Shown piece after piece: positions 28,955-35,987 of a DNA stretch of 64,000 nucleotides (the first letter of the stretch is position 1; every line of letters starts with the position of its first letter). The DNA lies in NCBI GenBank assembly GCA_023253175.1, contig JALRHH010000002.1, forward strand, positions 320,199 to 384,198, given 5' to 3'. The stretch is from Candidatus Saccharimonadia bacterium (lineage in GTDB: Bacteria; Patescibacteriota; Saccharimonadia; Saccharimonadales; JALRHH01). Position numbers and translations under genes: made by a program. The notes below the pieces were generated by a model. That model had not been told where the DNA came from. It did not search any database and saw only the letters and a program-made list of their open reading frames with translations.

Positions 28955-30016
28955 GTGGTAAGAAAAAAGATTTCAAAAGCGATAGCCCGGGTCAAAAAGC
29001 CCGACGAAGCAACTGCACTCACGAGGGCTGCTGATGCAGCGCCTCGTATTACAAATGAAACGGTTGCAGAGCATCGTGAACAAGTATTAAAGAAGGCGCG
29101 AAAGCACATTATTCCGCTCGCACACTCCAAGCGCCAAGTCGTTACTTTAACGACAACGTTGTTTATCGTATCTGTTGTGGTGTTCTTTACGTACGTGACA
29201 TTAGCACTGTACAAGTTCCACCAATCATCAACATTCTTATACAGGGTAACTCAGGTTATACCCCTACCTGTTGCCCGCACGGGTAGTGACTTTGTAGCGT
29301 ATGAAAACTACCTGTTCGAGCTCCGCCACTACAAGCATTATTATGAAACTCAGCAAAAGCTAAACTTTAATGACGAAAGTGGTCGACAGCAGTTGGCGGC
29401 ATTCCAGGGTCAGGCCCGTCAAAAGGTCGTAGATGATGCAATTGTACGAAGGCTCGCCAAAGAAAACGGCGTAAGTGTCTCTGAAAAAGAGGTGAGTGAT
29501 CAGATTGATCTCGTGCGTAGTCAGAACCGTCTTGGGGAGAATGATCAGGTATTTGAGGATGTGCTCAAAGATTATTGGGGCTGGACCGTAAACGACTTCA
29601 AGCGTAGCCTTAAGCAGCAGATGCTTGCCGCGAAAGTTGTCGCTAAGCTTGATACGGAGACTCAAAATAAGGCTAATGCTGCGCTTGCAGCCCTGCAGGG
29701 CGGCACTGACTTTGCTACGGTTGCTAAAAATTACTCAGAAGACGCTGCAACCAAAGATGCCGGTGGTGAGTACGGATTCCAGATTACTCGCACGAATCGT
29801 GACCTGGCAGCTCAGACAGTAAATGCGTTATTTATGCTGCAACCCGGCCAGTTCTCTGAAATTATCAATACTGGCTACACACTAGAGATCGTAAAGAATA
29901 TTGAAACTCAAGGTGATCGTATTCGTGGTGCACATATTGTATTCAGGTTTAAGGATATTAATACCTATATTGATCCTATTAAGGAATCACAAAAGACAAC
30001 GTTGTACATAAACTAA
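28955..30016 (+). CDS. SurA/PrsA-like peptidyl-prolyl isomerase chaperone
   Basis: TM anchor, SurA-N helices, DFATVAKNYSED...GGEYG. Confidence 0.88.
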   Translation: MVRKKISKAIARVKKPDEATALTRAADAAPRITNETVAEHREQVLKKARKHIIPLAHSKRQVVTLTTTLFIVSVVVFFTYVTLALYKFHQSSTFLYRVTQVIPLPVARTGSDFVAYENYLFELRHYKHYYETQQKLNFNDESGRQQLAAFQGQARQKVVDDAIVRRLAKENGVSVSEKEVSDQIDLVRSQNRLGENDQVFEDVLKDYWGWTVNDFKRSLKQQMLAAKVVAKLDTETQNKANAALAALQGGTDFATVAKNYSEDAATKDAGGEYGFQITRTNRDLAAQTVNALFMLQPGQFSEIINTGYTLEIVKNIETQGDRIRGAHIVFRFKDINTYIDPIKESQKTTLYIN

Positions 30017-30021
30017 CAAGG

Positions 30022-30894
30022 ATGGGCATGAACATACAAACAAACCTTTCACAGTGGCTCATGGATAACCAAGCCACAATCGTCAGTATTGCCTTAACAC
30101 TTCTCGTAGTGATTATTGTGATTCATTTTGGTGAGCGGCTCATACACCGGGCCGTGGCTCGCACAATTCGTGCCTCTAAACATCAGAGCCGTAATGAGGA
30201 GCTCAAGCGGGAGAAGACCGTATCCCAGATTATCTTACGCATGCTCAAGATACTCATCTGGCCATTTGCGATCATGAGTATCGCCGCGCAGCTGGGCGTT
30301 GAAGTTGCACCGCTGATAGCAGGTGCCGGTATTGTTGGTTTAGCAATCGGATTCGGTGCTCAGACGCTTGTAAAGGATATGATTGCGGGCCTATTTATCG
30401 TACTCGAGAATCAATACGGTGTTGGTGACGTCGTTGATCTTGACGGTACGAGCGGTACAGTTGAGGAAATTACGCTTCGCAAAACTCGGCTTCGTGATGC
30501 TGCTGGCGTTGTACACCATGTTCCTAATGGCAATATCATGCGTGCGTCAAATATGTCGAGTGAATTTTCAGGTATCAATTTGAACGTAGGCGTTGCCTAT
30601 GATACCGATATCGCTAAGCTAACAGAAGTTATTAACAAAGTTGGCCAGCAGCTGGCAAAAGATTCTAAATGGGAAGACAGGATTATTGAAGCACCCCATT
30701 TTGTGCGTGTTGATAATTTTGGGGCGTTTACGGTCGATGTGCGAATTATGGGTAAGGTGACGCCGCTTTCGCAGTGGGACGTCACAGGTGAACTGAGACA
30801 ACGTCTTATTCATGCCTTTGACAAAGCTGGTATTGATATGCCGATCTCGCCACTGTTACCGCAGCAAGAACCGCCACGCAAGCGTACGAATTAG
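30022..30894 (+). CDS. mscS: Small-conductance mechanosensitive channel MscS family
   Basis: AGAGIVGLAIGFGAQTLVKD.IAG, GTVEEI.LR.T, VPNG.I. Confidence 0.93.
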   Translation: MGMNIQTNLSQWLMDNQATIVSIALTLLVVIIVIHFGERLIHRAVARTIRASKHQSRNEELKREKTVSQIILRMLKILIWPFAIMSIAAQLGVEVAPLIAGAGIVGLAIGFGAQTLVKDMIAGLFIVLENQYGVGDVVDLDGTSGTVEEITLRKTRLRDAAGVVHHVPNGNIMRASNMSSEFSGINLNVGVAYDTDIAKLTEVINKVGQQLAKDSKWEDRIIEAPHFVRVDNFGAFTVDVRIMGKVTPLSQWDVTGELRQRLIHAFDKAGIDMPISPLLPQQEPPRKRTN

Positions 30895-30939
30895 GCGCCA
30901 AGGCGGGTGTATACTTGATGTATTAAGCAGGGAGGCGTT

Positions 30940-31137
30940 ATGGTACAAAGATCAGGTGAATCACATCATGGCCAAGAGGTAGAAAAAGAGCTTACCGACA
31001 AGGAGCTGGCCGATGCACAAGAGGTCAGGGATAGCGTAGACACGGATGTTGATGCAATCCTTGACGAGATTGATGACGTGCTTGAAGCTAACGCAGAAGA
31101 CTTTGTAAAAGCCTTCGTCCAAAAAGGTGGCCAGTAG
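30940..31137 (+). CDS. pup: Prokaryotic ubiquitin-like protein Pup
   Basis: 65 aa, acidic; C-terminus DAILDEIDDVLEANAEDFVKAFVQKGGQ matches the actinobacterial Pup signature; strong SD GGGAGG; -10 TATACT at 30910. Confidence 0.93.
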   Translation: MVQRSGESHHGQEVEKELTDKELADAQEVRDSVDTDVDAILDEIDDVLEANAEDFVKAFVQKGGQ

Positions 31138-31199
31138 ATATATTGACTTATAGTCATTTTTGTGATAACATATATTTGTTAATCGAATAAAACAAACAT

Positions 31200-31757
31200 A
31201 TGAATCACGAACAATCAGGAAATTCAGACGAAATGTGGCAACGCTTTTCGCAGGCAGAGGCATTAGCCTCAGAGCAGCTCGAGCAAGCTTACGCCCAGAT
31301 TGAGATAGATAATAGAAATATACTCCGCAGGGTTGCCGGTATTTCTGACCCTGGTCTTACGTATAGTGGGCCCATTACTGAGGGTGCATTACCGCCTCCG
31401 GATCTAAGTAATCCAGCGGGAAATGACTCGTTGCTCCTGCGACCAGATACGCGTGCTACTCTGCAGGCGCAGGGCGAACGACCTGATGTTGTTGAGAAAG
31501 AGGGTAACCCCTATACGATTTTTGGCGAAGTGCCAAGCGAAACAAAGGCAATGATTGCCCACCTGATGGCAGCAACAAATGCGGACTATGATCAGTTGTT
31601 CAGCACAGAGGGACATGCGGTATGGCGTGGCAATGTTGAGGGGCAGCCTATTCGGCTTGAGCTGTACCGAGATGAGGTTGTTCCTGATGAGCGTTTCGAC
31701 GAGCAGCCTGTACCTATGGTGTATATGCGTGCCTTTAGGGAAGAGGCTACTGGTTAG
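31200..31757 (+). CDS. Hypothetical acidic protein downstream of pup
   Basis: 185-aa ORF; upstream TTGACT...TAACAT promoter-like sequence; followed by a terminator. Confidence 0.7.
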   Translation: MNHEQSGNSDEMWQRFSQAEALASEQLEQAYAQIEIDNRNILRRVAGISDPGLTYSGPITEGALPPPDLSNPAGNDSLLLRPDTRATLQAQGERPDVVEKEGNPYTIFGEVPSETKAMIAHLMAATNADYDQLFSTEGHAVWRGNVEGQPIRLELYRDEVVPDERFDEQPVPMVYMRAFREEATG

Positions 31758-31789
31758 TAACTGAGACAGGCTCAAGCTATAGGAAACCA

Positions 31790-31824
31790 AGAAAAAAGAC
31801 TCACGGCTGTGAGTCTTTTTTCTT
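31790..31824. terminator. Bidirectional terminator
   Basis: AAGAAAAAAGACTCAC-ggct-GTGAGTCTTTTTTCTT. Confidence 0.85.
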
Positions 31825-31825
31825 A

Positions 31826-31948
31826 GCGGACCGAACGGGATTAGTGCACATCTGCGGCCATGCTCGGAATGAATTCCTGTGTGTGGCCTTGATGACGACC
31901 CCGCGACCTTTCAAAACAGCTAGAGCTGTCTTGGGTCGCGGGTTCAAA
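31826..31948 (-). repeat. tRNA-associated dispersed repeat, copy 2, with duplicated tRNA-Asp 3' end
   Basis: 17-bp GCGGACCGAACGGGATT identical to the tRNA-Asp 3' end; same core as 27915-27961; additional inverted T-arm copy at 31934-31948. Confidence 0.85.
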
Positions 31949-31998
31949 GATCATATGCATCAACCAAATAAAAAACTCCCGAACGGGAGTTCTTTATT

Positions 31999-32074
31999 TG
32001 GCGGACCGAACGGGATTTGAACCCGCGACCTTCTCCGTGACAGGGAGACGAGCACTCCGCTGCTCCACCGGTCC
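31999..32074 (-). tRNA. tRNA-Asp(GTC)
   Basis: Cloverleaf; anticodon GTC; CCA end. Confidence 0.95.
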
Positions 32075-32082
32075 GTATGGAT

Positions 32083-32264
32083 TTGTACTAGGGCTGCCGG
32101 ATGTCGATTTGTTGATAGTAAAACTTTATAGATATCAGATTTGTAATCGGTCTTGTCGGCTTCTGGTCGTACTTGTAGGTACGAACCGGAAACGAGAAAC
32201 TGATTACAAGTGATAGATATGGAGTTTTGCCAACAAATTGATGTCTGGCAGTCCTAAGGTACAA
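32083..32264 (+). repeat. ~180-nt long imperfect hairpin between tRNA-Val and tRNA-Asp
   Basis: TAGGGCTGCCGGATGTCGATTTGTTG / CAACAAATTGATGTCTGGCAGTCCTA and further stems; apex CGTAC-ttgtag-GTACG. Confidence 0.85.
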
Positions 32265-32311
32265 CGTATCAGATGATACCAGTTACAGAGGTAAATAGCA
32301 ACCTTTGTAAG

Positions 32312-32388
32312 TGGTGGGCGATGCAGGATTCGAACCTGCCACCTCCACAACGTCAATGTGGCGCTCTAGCCAAATGAGCTAATCGCCC
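32312..32388 (-). tRNA. tRNA-Val(GAC)
   Basis: Cloverleaf; anticodon GAC; CCA end. Confidence 0.95.
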
Positions 32389-32495
32389 TCAAGCTGATAC
32401 AGATCAAAGGATATCATTTACAGGGGTAAAAAACAACACTTTTACTTGATCGGGAAGGGGATAACCGTGTATAGTTTTGTAAGTCTTGGCACCGC

Positions 32496-32571
32496 GCCAC
32501 CTTAGCTCAGTTGGTAGAGCATTTCATTCGTAACGAAAAGGTCGCCGGTTCGATCCCGGCAGGTGGCTCCA
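32496..32571 (+). tRNA. tRNA-Thr(CGT)
   Basis: Cloverleaf; loop TT-CGT-AA; ends TCCA. Confidence 0.95.
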
Positions 32572-32723
32572 AGACACATGAAGGAGTCGAACCGGATTCG
32601 GCAAAGCCGTGTTTCGCTAATCGAGGACGGGCGCAGCTGCTTACGGTGAGCGCGCCGCAAGATTATATGCGCCAAGGCGCAATATCCCCCTCGAGTAATA
32701 TAATTACCTGTATACTGATACCT

Positions 32724-33080
32724 ATGCATATTCCTAAGAATTATTTTCACGACCGACTGGTCCTATTACTCCTCAGTATTAACGCATTTCTTGCAATCTT
32801 TGTAACGGCGCTGAGCCTTATCCGTCTCAAGAATGGCAATAGCGAAAGCTTTGTCGGGCAATACCATTCGAATCTTGGACTCAGCGCCTTTGAACCTGGA
32901 TCAGCGAGTACATTTATTAGCTTTATTATATTTGCACTACTGGTGTTTGGGCTGCATTGGATGCTCAGTATGCGTACGTATCAGAGGCGCCGTGAATATT
33001 CGGTTGTTATCCTTTGGATGGGACTCTTTCTTTTGCTGCTTCTTTTGATCGTCAGTAACGCACTTTCGGTGCTACAGTAG
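32724..33080 (+). CDS. Hypothetical 3-TM membrane protein
   Basis: MHIPKNYFHDRLVLLL...; -10 TATACT 7 nt upstream. Confidence 0.8.
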   Translation: MHIPKNYFHDRLVLLLLSINAFLAIFVTALSLIRLKNGNSESFVGQYHSNLGLSAFEPGSASTFISFIIFALLVFGLHWMLSMRTYQRRREYSVVILWMGLFLLLLLLIVSNALSVLQ

Positions 33081-33088
33081 GAATAATC

Positions 33089-34705
33089 ATGAAAACAAAA
33101 GATATCGAAATACCATATGTTAAAGAGCGTGGTCGCCGCTACCGCTTCTTTGAGATGTTGCCAGGACTTCTAACGTGGTCAATTATTATCTTCCCATTTG
33201 CACTGAGTCAGATTAGTCCGCATGCCACGGTGTTTTTTATTATCGCCTACATGCTTATGTATTTCATGCGGTCCGTCGGGCTTAATCTGCGCGGTGTGCA
33301 GGGGTTTAGAAAGCTCGAAAAGTATCAAAAACTGCCTTGGGATACACTTTTGGCAGAGCTCCAGACAGGGAAGGTGTCACAGCCCAGCAAGCAAATACCG
33401 TCGTGGCACTACGAAACAGTTCGTCGCCTTCAGGAAACACCCGCGCTCGTTGCGCCAGATGATCAGCTCCATGCCATCATTGTTGCAACTTATAACGAAG
33501 CCAGGGAAGTACTCGAGCCAACTTTCCAGTCAGTACTTGATTCAAAGTACGACATGCAAAAGGTCATCATGGTGCTTGCGTACGAGGAGCGCGGCGGTGA
33601 AGAGGTGGCTCGAAATGCAGAAGCGCTCGCTGCCGATTATAAGGACAAATTCAAACACTTTATTGCGGTAAAACACCCTAAGGACATCGAGGGTGAAGTC
33701 ATTGGAAAGGGCGGTAATATCACCTATGCTGCTCGTGAACTCGAAACGTATCTGGAGCAGGAAAAGATTGATCCAAAGCGCGTAATTGTCACGACACTTG
33801 ATGCTGATAACCGCCCGCACAAGTACTATTTGCCGGCGCTCAGTTATTTGTATACTGCCTCACCAGATCCGATTAGGGCTTCCTACCAGCCGGTGCCAAT
33901 GTTTACGAATAACATCTGGGATGTACCGGCGCCAATGCGTGTGATTGCAACGACCAATACATTCTGGAACGTAGTACTCAGCCTGCGTCCGCACATGATT
34001 CGTAACTTTAGTTCCCACGCCCAGAGTATGCAGGCTTTGATTGATACTGACTACTGGAGTGTTCGTACGATTGTTGAGGACGGTCACCAATTTTGGCGTA
34101 CCTATTTCCGGTACGATGGCAAACACGATGTCTATCCAATCTATTTGCCGATCTATCAGGATGCGGTGCTGTCGAATACGGTGATCAAGACCCTGAAGGC
34201 ACAGTTTATCCAGCTTCGCCGTTGGGCTTGGGGAGCTTCTGATATTGCGTATGTACTTGAGACCGGGTATTTCAAGAATAATAAGGTGCCCAAGCTCGAC
34301 TTGACACTCAAGTTCCTAAGACTCCTTGAAGGTCATGTCGGATGGGCGACAGCACCGCTGATCATTGCGTTCTTTGCGTTCATTCCGCTGCTATTTAACC
34401 CGCAGGATTATGCGGCCAATCAGTTGCCGCAGATCGCCAGTGGTATACAGCGTGTGGCGCTTGCCGGCATATTCGTTACGATATTCCTCAGTCTGAAGCT
34501 TTTGCCACCGCGGCCAGCCCGCTACAAGCGGCACCGCTCAGTCCTTATGGTTGCTCAGTGGGTATTACTGCCCGTAACTGCAATCTTCTACAACTCGTTT
34601 TCTGCGCTGTATTCACAGACTCGTCTATTGTTCGGCAAATACCTTGGGAAATTTGATGTTACTGAAAAAGCATTTGTCACATCAGACAATAAAAAGAAGT
34701 CCTAA
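33089..34705 (+). CDS. Processive GT2-family glycosyltransferase
   Basis: ATYNE, GKGGN, DAD, VED, QLRRWAWG; multiple TMs. Confidence 0.92.
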   Translation: MKTKDIEIPYVKERGRRYRFFEMLPGLLTWSIIIFPFALSQISPHATVFFIIAYMLMYFMRSVGLNLRGVQGFRKLEKYQKLPWDTLLAELQTGKVSQPSKQIPSWHYETVRRLQETPALVAPDDQLHAIIVATYNEAREVLEPTFQSVLDSKYDMQKVIMVLAYEERGGEEVARNAEALAADYKDKFKHFIAVKHPKDIEGEVIGKGGNITYAARELETYLEQEKIDPKRVIVTTLDADNRPHKYYLPALSYLYTASPDPIRASYQPVPMFTNNIWDVPAPMRVIATTNTFWNVVLSLRPHMIRNFSSHAQSMQALIDTDYWSVRTIVEDGHQFWRTYFRYDGKHDVYPIYLPIYQDAVLSNTVIKTLKAQFIQLRRWAWGASDIAYVLETGYFKNNKVPKLDLTLKFLRLLEGHVGWATAPLIIAFFAFIPLLFNPQDYAANQLPQIASGIQRVALAGIFVTIFLSLKLLPPRPARYKRHRSVLMVAQWVLLPVTAIFYNSFSALYSQTRLLFGKYLGKFDVTEKAFVTSDNKKKS

Positions 34706-34713
34706 GGGTTTTT

Positions 34714-35121
34714 CTAGCGTACGGGGTGGAAGGCTTTGTAATGAGTAGCTGCGGTGCTATCAAAGCGTTCCAGTACCGTAGTTACGATCGTCACAATAAC
34801 ATCACGTTCTAGAACGGATGACTCAGCCATGGCATAAAGACTACTCAGGACCGTGTCCGTGAGCTGTGTAGCGTCCGCGAGGGCGCTTTTTCTATGCTTT
34901 AAGCTGTCATAGACACTTACGAATAATTGGTCGCGTAGAAACGGCTCTAAACCGCCATTTGGCTTTTTCACAGTAATTGATAGCTTCATATCAGGGGCTT
35001 CAATAGTGCTGAATACGGTGTTGCAACCAAGGCACTGTCTGCGGCGCCATACATTATTGGCTCGTTTCTGATGACGAGAGTTAGTTACCTTTGTTTCATT
35101 GCCGCAATATATACAAACCAT
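34714..35121 (-). CDS. nrdR: Transcriptional repressor NrdR
   Basis: MVCIYCG..TKV.NSR...WRRRQCLGC...FSTIE plus ATP cone. Confidence 0.93.
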   Translation of the reverse strand: MVCIYCGNETKVTNSRHQKRANNVWRRRQCLGCNTVFSTIEAPDMKLSITVKKPNGGLEPFLRDQLFVSVYDSLKHRKSALADATQLTDTVLSSLYAMAESSVLERDVIVTIVTTVLERFDSTAATHYKAFHPVR

Positions 35122-35137
35122 GTCAATATATTGACAT
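35120..35137. promoter_or_regulatory. Palindrome over the nrdR start, NrdR-box-like
   Basis: Perfect ATGTCAATA|TATTGACAT; core CAATATATTG. Confidence 0.5.
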
Positions 35138-35232
35138 AACGCTAGTGTTTTTGGAAGTGGAAAAGTACTTGAAAGTCTGTGGGAAAGCGACTGAACAGGG
35201 ATATTTAAGAGGGAAAATGGGTGTATATATAT

Positions 35233-35407
35233 GAAAAGCCCGGGATTTCTCCCGGGCTTCACTCGATTACTGGCTAATAGCTAGCGGTCGAGTGCGTCGA
35301 ATTCGACTGATTGAGTTCTTTGATGGTTTAAGTTCTTCATAAAAGAGCTTAAAACCTTCAAGCGAACTTGTGTTGGTACTCAAAACCTGAGCGCCTCCCA
35401 AATTAAC
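35233..35407 (-). ncRNA. Candidate ~175-nt small RNA (6S-like) or small-ORF transcript
   Basis: TTGACA-17-TAACAT promoter (35442-35414); terminator AAGCCCGGGA/TCCCGGGCTT; rod-like fold by eye. Confidence 0.55.
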
Positions 35408-35803
35408 CCATACATGTTATCAGCTGCAGCATTTTATGTCAATAAGCTAGCCCACAGTATGAGTCCTATATCAGGGGTGATTAGTCTTATGCTTTTTGTA
35501 TAAATCAAGGACAAAATGCCCATAGTAATCCACAAATAATACACAGATTTTAGATGTCGCAAAATAATGATCACTATTTTGCGACATCTAAAAGTCGTAC
35601 ATTGTATCTGTAGAGAAGTGGTAATAAAAACAATATATAAGCGCTAGCATTATGCGGCTAGTATGCTATGATAGATGTAGGTTGAGTTTTGAGAGTGGTT
35701 TTTTCACTCTAACGGTTGAAGGAAATGCGAGATCTTTCAATCACCAATAAGAAGAGGGGCTAGAGGCTCCTCTTCTTTCGTTGCAAGTGGTATAATTGGA
35801 TAT

Positions 35804-35952
35804 AAGCAGTGAAGCGGCCTCACCAACCGCAGAGCTTCGTCGGCAAGCCAGGAACAGACGATACAGTGCCAGGTAAAGAGAAATGATATCGGTGGAACAG
35901 CCTACATGTGGGCCCGATACGCACAAAACCACTCAAGGTTTGTGCGTTTTTT
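35804..35952 (+). promoter_or_regulatory. Thr T-box riboswitch with ultrashort Stem I
   Basis: K-turn-like TGAA/AGAG; loop with ACC; antiterminator TATCGG-TGGAACA-GCCTAC..GTGGGC-CCGATA; terminator with U-tract; upstream of thrS. Confidence 0.8.
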
Positions 35953-35987
35953 GTTTTTATAACCCCTAGGCCAGAAAGGAAACAAGC

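Noticed and set aside
30940..31137. Calling the small protein UBact rather than Pup
   Set aside because: The LDEIDDVLE.NAEDFV..FVQKGGQ segment is the Pup signature; as I recall, UBact C-termini are of the Y.QR.G(E/Q) type.
32511..32723. N-terminal extension of ORF 32511..33080
   Set aside because: It overlaps tRNA-Thr; the real start is most likely ATG 32724.
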